A stretch of DNA of 60,914 bases, the filler included, from Basidiobolus ranarum (Eukaryota): NCBI GenBank assembly GCA_040143965.1. It is 6 parts of 6 records of this genome, joined end to end, with 100 filler letters (N's around TTAATTAATTAA, not from the genome) between each part and the next. Parts side by side here need not be neighbours in the genome. Positions count along the whole stretch, not along the records: positions 20,362 to 30,435 come from JASJQH010000745.1; positions 30,536 to 40,606 come from JASJQH010000746.1; 4 more parts are not named here. One strand, given 5' to 3'. The notes beneath the pieces are model-generated. The model worked only from the letters and a program-made list of their open reading frames with translations. It searched no databases and was not told where the DNA came from. Both the position numbers and the translations under genes were made by a program. Shown here piece by piece: positions 25,023 to 38,398 of the stretch (position 1 is the first letter of the stretch; each line of letters opens with the position of its first letter).

Positions 25023-26695
25023 TCATTCCAGTTGAACAGTGTGAGTCTCTAGTTCGTGCTTTTCCTCTGGATTAACCCAAGTGTCGGGAAGTCGAGGCTC
25101 AATGAAACGGAGGATGAACGATGCAACCGTGACGCAGCAGTGGCAGACTCCCAGGATAAAGAAAGGAGCACCAGCCATCCAAGTATCAAACAGATATCCA
25201 CCCAACTTGGTGATGACCAAGATCGAAATTGACCCACAGAAACTGTAAGCTCCAGCAATACTACCACGTCTTCCAGGTGGGACATAGGGACCGTTGACTA
25301 GCGACATGCTTGAAATGATCATACCAATCTCTCCGCAACCAATGAGAGTGATCCAAAAGTAGTTGATCTTGTTGTATGGGTCATGGTTGAATGCCAATCC
25401 AAAGCATCCAATGACACCGAACACACCACCAACAAAAGTGACAGTGGATCTTCTGAAGTAATGATGGGCCCAACCGTAGAAAGGAGCAACCAGTAAAGCA
25501 ACGATTTGCCCGGTACCGGTCATAAGCTCGGACTGGCCTTGACCTACAGGGCAGAAGAGCTTATCAGGGCTCTTACATCTTCCGGACAGGTAAAACACCT
25601 TCGAGACCCACATAGTGACGAAGGTCGTTAACATCACCTCATCCGATCTTGCCTACAAAAATAGATTTCATTTAGTTTCAATGACTGGACAGAATGTCAA
25701 AGAAAACTCTATGTAGTTACCACAAAACTCGTCGCATATCCCAAGGCCACTCTAGGGTCTTTTGCAGCCATAAATCCTTTTTTGAGTAGCAGGAAATAGT
25801 TTTCCCGCTTAGGCCTATTAACCTTCAGGCTCTTCTTTTCCTGCTTAACACCTGAGGAAAATTTGTTATTTAGTTTTCTCCACAACCATCTATCTGGCCC
25901 CTCCCACACGTCCGTGTGACTTGGTAGCATGAACCACAAAATAACACCCAACGCAATTGCACTCCCTCCGATGATATGAAAACCTTTGTTAACAGCAGTG
26001 AAGTAGTCTGGTGTGCTGTTTGCGAGAAGAGCTGGAACACTTGACAGTACGAATACACCCAATAGAGCACCTAAAAAAATAACAACAGGCTTAGCCACTG
26101 CTCATATGCTATTACAGCGAAGTGACGATGGGACCCTACCACAGCCAGATGTTGCTCCGATAAAACCAGAGATGAATCCACCACTCTTGACAATAATGTC
26201 ACCGAGGGTTGCAGTCATCATTGTCGTTGCTCCACTGCTTCCCATACCAAACAGAAGGCGAATCAACAATAGATCGGGATAGACATTTCTTGCGTGTGGG
26301 TAAGCAATCAGAGCTGTTCCTAAGCAGAAGAAACTTATTGCGTAGACGTAACGCTTTCCAGTAAGGTCAGATATTGGACCCCAGAAGATGCACATGAAAA
26401 TCACAATGATTTCTTGGTACATTGTGAGACTTCCAACGACATTACCCTGTTCAGTGACACTCACACCAAGGTTGGTGATAATGATCGAACTTTGAATAAT
26501 GCTCTGGAACACGAGCAACGCAATGGTGGCAAAGACTCCCAAAATTAAAGCCAAAACATTCAGATATCCAACATTGGGATTCACGGGGACGACTTTGAAC
26601 AAGTACTTCACTGGAGCCGATCCTTCTTGTGCTTGAACGGGGATATAGGAAGGCTCTATGTCACCCATTCTCTCCGTCTTTTCATCCAGACTCAT
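25023..26695 (-). CDS. MFS transporter (about 12 TM), three exons
   Basis: Motif A-like WGPISDLTGKR, RLLFGMGSSG, C-terminal half PPGRRGSIAGAYSFCGSISIL...LGGYLFD; introns at about 26073-26138 and 25653-25719 join the three ORFs. Confidence 0.9.
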
Positions 26696-27310
26696 GAAGT
26701 AAAACTGAAATTTTATCAGATGGTTTCTCTCAACAGTATTTGCTTGACTTATATACCGCCGCTACCTAATTTATGAATATCTGAATAGAAACTCTTAAGT
26801 AGAACAAGCAATATGAATACGAGTGGGTCTAAATTAAGTGATTCTTCCTAAACGATGTCCTATCATATAGCGGAAGCCATGCAGAGGCTGTGTAGCCTTC
26901 TTCGCAACCCCATGATCTTCTGGATGTACATCTGTTGGGGCTATCCTTGCCTATCAAGCAATTAGCCTACTTTGCCCCTTGAGGTGGATGTGAGTTAGTG
27001 GACAACTATGGTCATTTTGAGATAGTGCACACTTAGAGGCAGGGTTGAAGGCGACAATACACTTCCAAGTTAAGGCTAGGGTAAGGTTTTATCCACACCC
27101 AAGTCTACTGTAAAGAAAATGGCCATTTCAGCAATGCCAAGCTGACTAATCCCCATATCCTCAGAAACGAGATTTTTCTTCAAATGATTCTGATGACTAG
27201 TAGAAATAACTAAATTTGAACAGACTAACTATTACACATGTGGCTGTACATACGTATTTTTGCTTGTGTAATGAACGGCTCGAAGTAAATGGACGCTATT
27301 TGCCATAGAA

Positions 27311-27557
27311 ATCTGATTGTAAGCTCTGAGAATAATCTGATCAGACTTCATACCTAGTAAATTTCTGCTTGTATGTGGTACATTCTGGATCTACACTCGA
27401 TATTTATCTGATCTGTATGCGAAGAATTTATCTGATGGAAATGTATCCAATCATCTCTGTTCATTCATGCACCATACCTACTTGCCATATTTCCTAGAGT
27501 GTAAAGTATGAATCAGATAAACTTGCTCACATTGACTTTCATAACATCTTATCTGAT
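27311..27557. promoter_or_regulatory. Cluster of ATCWGATAA iron-GATA sites in the divergent MFS / Cys-rich gene promoter
   Basis: Exact sites at 27404-27412, 27428-27436, 27512-27520 and 27549-27557; partial ATCTGAT at 27311 and 27335; one more exact site at 26713-26721 beside the MFS start; TATATA at about 27743. Confidence 0.7.
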
Positions 27558-27801
27558 CTTCTTCAGGTTGTAGTGATGTACCACTTTCTATTCCTCTTTG
27601 CAGCATTTGCGTAACTTCGGATCAGCCCAGATTCAACGTTTTATCTCACAACAAAATCTTTCTACAGCAATGAAAACTTCCCATTTTAGGCAAACATCGG
27701 ATAGTTTTTAGAACGCTAGCATCAATACCCCAACTTAAAGCCTATATATACGGCAATGCAGTCGCGTATTGAATAGCACATCAGCTAAAAACTACTTCAA
27801 G

Positions 27802-30435
27802 ATGCGTTTTCTTCTCTTAGTGCCTCTTTTGGCAGCTGCTGTGGCTTTCCCCGCTGAGGACTCAACCAATGTCAACCTCAAGAAGCGCGCTTTGACATGT
27901 TCTGGAGCTACCTACGATGTACCTGCATTCAGCACTTGCATTGAGAACTGTAATATGGTAAGTGACATACGCATGCTTCAGTACATTCGTGGTCATGCTA
28001 AATTAACTATGATTGTTCATTCTAATAGAAAGCCGGTCTGTTATTCTATAACGACTTCTCTAAGGATCCCACCAGCCCTGGTTTCATCAAGTCTCTTTCA
28101 TACGAATGTGACTCTGCCAACCCCGACCGTACCTCCTTTATGACAAAGGCTGGTATCTGTATGGTTGGCTGCACTACCGCTGAGCAAGATGGTTATACCA
28201 ATGGGTATAAAGCCATGTGTGGTTGGTATACTGAACACAAGAATGATGTTTGCACACCTGCAGTGAGCTCTACTTCAGTTATTCCTGAGCCCACTACATC
28301 AAGTATCCCTGAGACCCCATCTCCCTCAGCCATTGAATCTGTCACCCCTTCTATAACTGTCACCTCCAGTTCCGCCTCCGTTACCGATTCTTCATCTGCT
28401 TCCGAAGTTGTTCCAACATCTCCTCCCACCTCAGTATCCGTCACTCCCACAGCGAGCCCGATTCCACCTTCTGGCAAATGTGTGACATACGATGGCCCTG
28501 TTCCAGCTCCATGTATTCAAGGTTGCCTTCTTGTAAGTATTATTTAATTTAAATACATAACATCTCTTTCTTTGACTAAGAAATCTTCGATGGCTTTAGG
28601 TTTCTGGTAGAAAACTCTGGAATCGCTACATCTGGAAGCCTACTAGCGAAAACTTCATCCCATCCCTTGGTTATGAATGTGATAGCAGTAATCCAAATCA
28701 CGAGGAATTTTTGAGAAACTCTGCGTCTTGTGTTCAAAGCTGTACTTCTTACCCTGACTACCAGAGCAAGCAAGGTCCTATTTGCAGCTGGTACGAGGCA
28801 AATAAGGCCAACACAATTTGTACAGCACCTGTCCCTACTGTGACTCCTACCACTACTGTTTCTGAAACTCCCTCACCTACTTGTCAACCATTCCGTGCAC
28901 CCGATCGTGGACAGTGCATCAACAACTGTAACGACGTTAGTATAATTTATGATTGAAATATTTCCGTACTTCTTTTATTTACTGTCTTTAAATATATAGC
29001 AAGCTGGAAAGACCTTCTTTGGCGACTATTCCCAAGATCCCCAAAATGCTAGCTTCATGAAATCCTTGTCTCTCGAGTGTGATTCGGAAGATTCTTCTCA
29101 CACTTCATTCATGATTAAAGCTGGTACCTGCATGGTTGGATGTTCAACAGAAGAGCAAGGAAAGTATACCGATGGATATAGAGCAGTATGTAACTGGTAC
29201 ACTGCAAATAAGCAAGGCGGTTTTTGTAACCCTAGTGCCACATCCGTGTCATCTTCTGTAGTCCAAACACCCACCTCAATCCCTACCAACTCTCCATCTG
29301 CATCGGTCAGTATCTCATCCACTATCAGCTCAACAGGTCCCACTCCTACATGTGTAGCAAGTGCCCCCTACACTGGCCCACTTTTCGGATCATGCATCAA
29401 CAACTGTAATGAGGTATGTGATTTGTGTATCACGTAAAGAAAATCTTAGATTCTAACTAAATTCTGGTTCATAGCAAGCAGGAAAGGTTCTCTTCGGTGA
29501 TTTCTCCAAGGATCCTACCAGCCCCAACTTGATCAAATCCTTGTCCTTTGAATGTGACTCAACCAACCCTCAACGTACTGCCTTCATGACTAAGGCTGGT
29601 ATTTGCATGGTTGGCTGCACTACTGCCGAACAAGACACTTATACCAACGGATACAAGGCCATGTGCAATTGGTATCAAGAACACAAAAATGATACACCTG
29701 GAAACTGCCCCGGTGAAAATACTACTAGTGTGTCCTCGAGTTTGCCTACTACCATTCCTACTTCAGTTGTCCCAACTATATCTGCATCTGTCACCACCTC
29801 CCCATCTGTCACTGCCTCTCCAGCCCCATCCAGTACCTGTACCCCAGGCGGCGGCCCTAGCTACAATGGACCAACTTTCAGTGCTTGCATTGATAACTGT
29901 AATGAAGTAAGTTACTGATACAGTGTGCAAATATTTCCTATTTATTTACATATTCTTTATTAATACAGCAAGCAGGAAAGGCTCTTTTCAGTGATTTCTC
30001 CAAGAACCCTAACAGCCCTAACCTGATCAAATCTTTATCCTTTGAATGTGACCCAACCAACCCTCAACGTACTACCTTTATGACCAAGGCTGGTATTTGT
30101 ATGGTTGGCTGCACCACTGCTGAACAAGATGTTTATACCAACGGATACAAGGCCATGTGCAACTGGTATGAACAGAACAAGAATGGTTCCCCTAATACTT
30201 GTACTGGTGAAAATACCTCCAGTGTTATTGTCATTCCTACTACTGTTGTCCCAAGCAACACTATTGTCCCAACTGGCTCTGCCACCGCTTCTCCTGCTCC
30301 ATCTGGTACTTGTACCCCTGGTGCCGCTCCTGCCTACACCGGTCCTACCTTCAGCACTTGTATCAACAGCTGCAATGATGTATGTTAATAATTTTAGATG
30401 ATTAGTAGAGGGGAACATCGACGTGATGGGAAACC
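27802..30435 (+). CDS. Secreted protein with at least 5.3 tandem ~80-aa Cys-rich domains separated by S/T/P linkers; 3' truncated
   Basis: Signal peptide MRFLLLVPLLAAAVA, Kex2 site KKR, repeat Y.GP.FS.CI.NCN-intron-.AG..F..DFS.DP..P..IKSLS.ECD..NP.RT.FMTKAGICMVGCTTAEQD.YTNGYKAMC.WY..K; phase-0 introns start at 27958, 28533, 28936, 29414, 29907 and 30380. Confidence 0.88.
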
Positions 30436-30535
30436 NNNNNNNNNNNNNNNNNNNNNNNNNNNNNNNNNNNNNNNNNNNNTTAATTAATTAANNNNNNNNN
30501 NNNNNNNNNNNNNNNNNNNNNNNNNNNNNNNNNNN
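30436..30535. other. Artificial contig linker
   Basis: N44-TTAATTAATTAA-N44. Confidence 0.98.
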
Positions 30536-30721
30536 CTAAACACAACCACCTACCAAGTATACAAAATATCAATCGAATAAGGAGTTGGCCTGGGGTGTCA
30601 CTGAGGTCATAGAAAAGGTAGCTTTACTGAGTTATTATCATCTGTATTAGATGCATATATATACCAGCTCGAATAAGAAATAAACTGCCTTTCAAATTTA
30701 TGATTTGCTGATATAGAATTT

Positions 30722-33700
30722 ATGAACAAAGAAAAAGTCAAGCAACCTTCTGGAACAATATCCCCTCTTTATGGTCATTATCCTATTGACAGTGAGAATG
30801 ACGCGAGTCAAGAGAGTTCTTTCAAAGCAAATCTCTACCAGCCAGTGCCTAGTAACAGAACTGCTGAACCTCAGCCTCAAGTATTTCAAAACGAGGCCAC
30901 AGACCGTGCTCAAGTTGAACGTACTAGTTCAAGCTCCGCATTTTGTGGAGAAGATAAAACTAGTTCGAAAGTAATCTTTGAAGGACTAGACTCAAAGTGA
31001 GCCTACTTTCAGTAACTTCATTTTAGATACATTGTTGCTCATGCCGTTTCTTCGTGTAGTGCTAAAGAGGTTCAAGCCTTGGAAGGTCACTTAAAATTGA
31101 ACCTCCATTCTTTACTTACAAGGAAATCTACTGCTTACCGTGACTTTGACTGTGTGCGCGGATCGTATCGTCGATATAGAGCTACTATAAGGTAAAGTTG
31201 AGTATCGCTCTCTCTTCAACCTCAAGCCCAAAATATAAACATAAGCGATTTTTAGAGATAATCGTAGCAACAGAAGCTGGAAAGATGTGATAGAGTTAAT
31301 ATTCAACTTATCGGAAATTCGAAGTCGGATACACAAAGCTTTTAGGAATACACACCGAAAGGTTTTCGTGGTAAATATTGGTAAATGTTATGTTTGCGAA
31401 AACTGAAGAGCTAATTGTGATTTACACATCAAATAGATCCTTTTGGACCTGATTATAGATGTTATGTTCTGTGTATTTTATCTTGTGCAAATCAATACCT
31501 CGCATCCAGAAGATTCATACTCTCCAAAGTGGCTATGGGTATCACGTTCTATAGTGGTTCACGATTTTCTAGTGGCCATGAGTTGGGAACGATTAGCCTC
31601 ACGAATTATAGGTCAGTAATCGGGTAACGATTTCACTCAGCAACTCCGCATCTCACCCTTTTCTTTATAGGAATATGCTTAAGTGATCTATGGTACGCGC
31701 CTTCTTGAACATTCAGTTATGATTTTTAAACACAACTCACACCAGCATCGTCTTACAATCTGTTTAGGTACAAGCTTATCTTTAGTACTCATACACTTAT
31801 CGATCTTGTCACGCTCGTCCCCTTGATTGTTTCGAGTTTTATTCCAAACGGACGATACCTATTCGGTAAGTTGTATACCCGTGTTCACGTACTATTCTTG
31901 ATCTCTAACTTTTTGTAGTCCCATATTTTTTTAGGAGTGTTATTGTAGTTTGGCAGATGCGCAGAGTTTTACATTTACGAAATGATTTGTCGCATGATGG
32001 TGGGTGCTTCTTACTCTAGTTGTTACGTGATTTCTAGAGATTCATCTGTATACGTTTGTTTAGATCGACCTTATGATCCACTATTGATCAAGCTTAGTGT
32101 CCTAAGCTCCAGTATCATTGTAATTATATTCAATGGTATGGCCGCCTTTCAGTATTGTGAGATGATGTTTGGCGATCACAACTATGCAATTTTAGAGTGC
32201 ATGTAACTATATCCCGAATAGTTCTTGATTGAGAAAAGCGGCGAACTTACTTTACTTTTAGCTATTTTGTGTTTATTACTATCTCGACGGTGGGTTATGG
32301 AGATATATATCCCGAATCCACCGAAGGAAAAGTAGTCGTAGTCATTATCATCATATTGGTTTTGATCATTCTTCCCAGTCTTATCTCCGAAACACTAGAA
32401 ACATTCTTTCAAAAGCAAGGTAGGGTTTTTTAGTTTAAAGATTCAGAAAAGAAGCTTCAAAGTAACTCTTTCCGTTATATAATAGCCGGTGGAGGAACCT
32501 ATCATTTGCGTAGAAGCGAGAATTTGATCGTGATTTGCGGACAATTTGATAGTACCCAGCGTGTTCTGAATATATTGAATGCGTTTCTTCATACAGTAAG
32601 TACTTGAAACCTGTGTTGCCATTTCCATCATTTTTCTCATCTCCTTACGCACAGGAAACATATGAACAAAACCTCAGATTGATACTCCTGGGCAAAGGAG
32701 ATCTTACCCGCGAAGTAAAGGCACTTGTGAATTCCCCAGCATTCAAAAATCGTGTGGCATATTTGCGAGGCTCTCCTATGGTAACTGGCTAAGATGCCCG
32801 ACTGGCAATGTTAATATTTAAGTCAAACTAATAATTCTGTCGATCCAGGATGAGGAAGCTTTGAAAAGAGCAGCATTGCGAAAAGCTGAGGCGGTGTTTA
32901 TACTGTCTGGTAATATCCTTGGCTAATAATATTGACTCACTTACATTTATTTACTACTTCTTTACTTATGATACACAGATCAGCGTGCTACTAGCCCTAT
33001 AATTGAGGATGAGAACAACTCCCTGAGAACCTGGTCTATTCATTTATATGCGCCTCATGTTCCAATATATACGTACAATATATATCCTTCAACGAAGATA
33101 TTTCAACGAGTGGCCAAGCACACCCTCTCCTCTCTTGAAATTCAACAATCGTTACTTGCTTTTGGTTGTATATGCCCTGGAAGCGCCACTTTCATTGTAA
33201 ATTTACTTCAGCATACTCAACCAATCGATGAGTATTCCTTTCCTTGGGAAGCTCAGTATGGTAAGTATACTATTTATCGGTGCTAGCCTACAACTGCTAA
33301 AGTTTCTTCTCTAGATGACGGTCGTGGCAATGAAATATACATAGAAAAAGTGAACTCGCTATTTGTTGGCCGGCCATTTTCTGCCATTTCCTGGGTATTC
33401 CTTCAAATTACTTTCCTTTGCAATGAGAGAGTTAGCATCTAAATTCTTGCCTTGACAGTTTATCTACTGTGAATTCCAAATCATTTTGTTTGCCGTCAAA
33501 ATCCAACTTCCTGAACATAACCACTACCGTATAATATTAAATCCTGGCGCAGAGTACTGCTTTACCGAGAATGATGAGTGCCTTTTTATTGGGCAAGCCC
33601 CAGAGGACATTGAAGCAGTGTCAAATCTGGTTAGTTACAAACTGATTTATATACCTGGAACAAGTATCTAACAAATCTTCATAGACTAGCGACCAATTTA

Positions 33701-35181
33701 ACAAATCTATGAATCATTTCAAAAGCATTGTTACACCTGCTGAATTCGATCTTTTGAATGCAAAAAATTCGTACGTTGAACATAATTACAGCAATTCTAA
33801 ATACCCTACAATACGAAAAAGCATTTGTGTTGGTCTGCCTGGTCCGCCATATCTTAATGCAAAGACACCACTATGTCATATATTGAAGAAAGAACATGAA
33901 TCAATTGAAGATCTCATGGGGGATAGTTTTGAGGATATGAAGGGCCATATATTGATATGTGCAGGAGATATTGACTTGTTTAGCCTAATTAGTACTCTGA
34001 GGTAACTCATGTTTTGGATTGCTCGTAATATACTATACTAAGAACTCTTAAATATTTGCGGATCTGAAATCAACAGAAGTGCTCACATTACCTCAGAAGA
34101 GTATCAAGATATCGTTGTGCTTCGTTCTAAAAAATTATCCCATGATGAATTTAATTCCCTCCGCGCATTTCCTGATGTTCATTTTGTAGAGGTAAGGTGC
34201 GGTCATAAAATATTCCTATATATTTCATGAACTAATCCATTTCAAATTTTCAGGGAAGTACTCGACAACAAAAAGATCTGCTAAGAGCTGGTGTCATAGG
34301 AGCAGATAAAGTTCTTATTGTCAAGGGAGATTTTGCTTCGCATGATGAAGAATATATCGATAGTTCTACAATGTAAGGACTAATAGTTACTATAGGTAAC
34401 TAATCAACTTTGGCTAACCAGATGCCACTTTTGCAATATTTTAGCATTACGTCCCAGTTGATCCAAACTATTTGTGGAGACATTTCAAAGAAGTTTGTTT
34501 TTTCAGAGATTGGTAAGATTAGAGAAGCCACAACCCAGAAATATTAAATGTAGTAATGTTAATCAAATTCCTATAGTCGAGGAACGAAACGTCCGTTTAA
34601 TCCAGATAGCTAACTCAAAAGTGAATAATGAGCCTGATCTAGCACATGCTCCTGTATATGCTGCAGGGAGAACGCTTATTTGTAGTTCTCTTGATAGTAT
34701 CATTTTTGAAGTAAGTTCTGTCGTGTTTAAATCGAGATATTCAATCAACTGACATGAGATTGCCACACATACAGGCTTACCACAATGAATCTATTATCTC
34801 CATTGTAAGCCAATTTTTAGGGATTCGTTACAAACAAGACTTTGATGATATGCAATCAAGAGGGGTGGCTTCCTCTTATCTATGCTTAGATCCCCTTCCC
34901 GAAGGATTCATGGTTAGTTATAAAGGTTACTCTTTAAATTAAGCAACTTTTTTCAACTTTCCATCCTATACTTTCAGGGCAAAAGTTGGCTAGATCTATA
35001 TCGTAAGCTAACATTGAGCGGTGGCATTATCCCAGTTGGAATTCTGAGAGCACCTAATCCTGATTTTGGAAATCAACTTCCTTTCGTCTTCACTAATCCT
35101 GTTCCATCTGTACTACTAAAGCCAGGTGATCAGATATACGTACTTCGTACTAAAATCAAACACTCTTCGAATAATAATTAA
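30722..35181 (+). CDS. Slo-family potassium channel with tandem RCK domains (KCNT/Slo2-like), many exons
   Basis: Pore TISTVGYGDIYP (about 32278-32313), RCK motifs LRGSPM-DEEALKRAAL.KAEAVFILSD, GCICPGSATFIVNLL, YDDGRGNEIY-like segment, ILNPG, APVYAAGR, and C-terminal LPFVFTNPVPSVLLKPGDQIYVL; stop 35179-35181. Start codon less certain. Confidence 0.88.
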
Positions 35182-35330
35182 TGGATAGATTTATTCATTG
35201 CGTGCATTATTTTTCATAATTGATTAGAATTGCCTCGTGTAAATACTCTAATTCTACTGTAATTTCAGAACTTTTCAACCTTTTTTATTAAACTGACAAG
35301 TATCAAACACATTGCATATAATAACCATCA

Positions 35331-36756
35331 CTAATTGCCATTTGGCTGATCGATAATCTTCGTTATCAATCCCTCGCAATACTGAACAAGATTGTCTTGC
35401 TCCTCCTTAGTTGATCGGGTTTGCGCTAGGGGAAGATGCGTATTTACTGCTTTACGATCTGCGAACCAACGATTTAGTATGTAAGATCAAAATCCTCAAC
35501 AGATATGTGTCCTACCTTCTAAAAACGAGCCATTTGGATATGCTAGCACTTCATCGGAAACTGCAGCCCAAATAATGGTATCGGCGCCTTGCTCGGGTGT
35601 TCTAAGTCTAGATTTCATACTATTGTAGAAACTCTCCATAGAGGTGCTCACTATATCGTGAAAGAATCTAAGAAAGTGTGGTTGAAAGATAACAAGAAAT
35701 ATGAGAGAACCCACCTCCTGGAGTATCAGACCAACCAGGGTGCATAGAGTAGAACCCTACTCCATTGCGGCCAAACTCAGTAGCCCAGCGCTCATTCAAT
35801 TCAACTTGTTGACGCTATTAGAGCATGAGTTAACCAGTTGAATACCTACTGCAGTAATGAATGCTATATCCTACTTTGTTCTGGGCATAAACTGAAGTTC
35901 CATCAAATTTTTTGACTTTTTTACCCTCTGGATCCTCAGCGTCAAGTTTAGCTGAGAACATTCCACCAGAGGAAACCGTAATCTTGAGATATGTGAATAT
36001 AAGGCTAAGGATACATAGTCTTAGATAGAAATACATTACCACTCTAGAGGGAGCCGATTTTTCCAACAATGGTATCATAAGCTTAGTGAGGTAATAGGTT
36101 CCAAGTGTGTTGGTGGCGAAGTTTACTTCTACTCCATCACGAGTGATTTTACGTTCGTTGACCATGCAGCCAGCATTATTGACCTATTACGAGAGTGAGT
36201 TAGGTATAGATCAACCGGTAGTTTAACAATCCTCATACCAAAATGTGACAACTCGGACTCTCTAAGGTTTCGACGAATTTCTTGATGCTCCTAAGGTCAC
36301 TCATATCTACCTCGTGTAGTTTCAATCTCTCCTCTGCCGATTGCTTCTGCTCTGAATCCATTTCTATAGAAGCCAAAATCTCCTCACGAGCTTTTTCTCC
36401 ACGTTCTGAGTTACGACATAACATGTGAACAATGGCGCCTTGGAAGATATACGTATGTTAGATGATTCCTATTGTAAACTGCAATAATAATCACTCACCT
36501 TTTTTCCACAACTCCCGTGCTGTGATTTTTCCTAAACCACTATTAGCACCTAATATTTATAAGCAACGGTTAAAAAAAGCAGACGAGGATGAATACAAGT
36601 CTCCAAGAAACCCATACCACTAACAATAGCCACCTTCCCATTCAATTTTATATCAGTTGCCTTAGGATTGAAAGATTTAGCTCTCCGCTCAAACCCTGCC
36701 TTGGTGTAGTTCCAGAACCCGTAAGCAGACCAAACTATGATTCGATATATGGACAT
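35331..36756 (-). CDS. Short-chain dehydrogenase/reductase, DHRS12-like, multi-exon
   Basis: MSIYRIIVWSAYGFWNYTKAGF, SG-ANSGLG, VNNAGCM, NFATNTLGTY, TVSSGGM, YAQNK, SMHPGWSDTP, LRTPEQGADTIIW. Confidence 0.88.
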
Positions 36757-37289
36757 AAGTGTGAGGGAAATCAGATGAATCAATGAGAATATAAATCCAT
36801 GGAATCCAAGGAAATGCTTATATAAGTGTGAAGCAATAATTTATGTAACTTAGAGCAATTGAGCATTGTCTCTTATATCAACTATTGACTCCATTACCCC
36901 CGATCTTCAGACATTCATGATGGTGAAACGAATTCCATTCTCATTTCTATTCCACTCGTGGCTATCGATCGATCGTTTTGTATGTCGATATAGTACTGGC
37001 GGCCGATGAAGAGCCAAGGAGATGGTTATACCATCAAATCGAAATAATTCTTTTCCTTATCGAGTAAGTTATTAAGCCTTTGTAAGAATTATTATGGATG
37101 ATTACTACAAGGGTTTTTGTTATAATTATCAACAGTGAATTTGGGCTTGAGACCAAGTATCTGAAAATAATGGAAGATTTTTCTTCTGGGGTCAAATATG
37201 GATAATAAATTTTATGATAGAACAAGAAATCAAAATCGATCAAGTCAAATAAAAATAGTCTCCTGTAAGTATGCAATGGGTGTAAATGC

Positions 37290-38398
37290 TTAATTATTGT
37301 TATGATATCCCGCGTAAAGAGCAATTAAAGACATAATGAATGTGGGGGAGTAGGTGCCAGCGGAATTTTGTTGGCCTACAGAGCTTACTTTTGGCTGCTG
37401 TACGGTAGTGCTCGAATGAGTGGCACTTGATCCAGCTGAGACGGTGGTACTTTGAGATAACTGGGTAGTAATACTGGAAACTGAGCTGGCGGAAGTAGCG
37501 GTCGCTGAAGATGTCACACTTGTGCCATTGGCAGAAGTCATGCTTCCCGTGGGAGTGACAGTGGAAGTAGAGCCAGAAACAGATGCTGAGCCACTTGGGT
37601 TGGCTACGTTCTTGTACATAGAGAAGCGATTACTCAAACATTCAGAAACGGTGACAAACTTGTATCCTTTAGCCTTGATGAGAGCAATAACCTTAGGGGT
37701 TCTTTCAACGCTGAATTGATGGATATCATGTTGCAGGGAAACGAAGGAGTCAGATTGAGGATTTGAAGCATCAACTACCTTACCAACATTGGTGACAAGG
37801 GTATCCCAATTTTCAGGTTGTCCCATATATTTCCAATCGTTGGAATCAACACTCCACTGCACAACAGTATACCCCATTTCCTTCATTACTCCTCTGCACT
37901 GAGCATTACAATTACCATATGGAGGGCGCATCATAGCTGGGACTACACCTGCCGCTTTCTTAATGGCTTCTTCAGTTATCTGCATTTCCTTTTTGATCTG
38001 ATCAACACTAAGCTTGTTAAGATCAGCATGAGTATTTGTATGAGAAGCAATTTGATGGCCTTCGTCATAAGCTTGCTTGAGGTACTTCGCGATAGAGGCA
38101 TCAGCAGCTTGGGTACCGACCGAGAAGAAAGTAGCCTTGATACTATTCTCCTTGAGAGTAGCAAGTAAGGTACCTGTATACTCACTTGGACCTGAATTGA
38201 TTATAAACAGTAACATATTAAATATCGAAAGAATGAGTGTGTGTATGTGAGGAGAGCCGACTTACCATCATCAAAAGTCAATGCAAATACTCCAGGATTG
38301 TCGCATTTGAACACAAAACCCTCGCCAGAATCCTGAGCAGCAACATAGCCAGCAGTGGCTAAGGTTAGGAGGGAATACTTGATTAAAGAGCGAACCAT
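37290..38398 (-). CDS. Chitin deacetylase (CE4/NodB) with S/T-rich tail and probable GPI signal; two exons
   Basis: Signal peptide MVRSLIKYSLLTLATAGYVAA, TFDDGP across the intron (about 38193-38264), HTNTH, RPPYG, DSNDW, LQHD. Confidence 0.93.
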
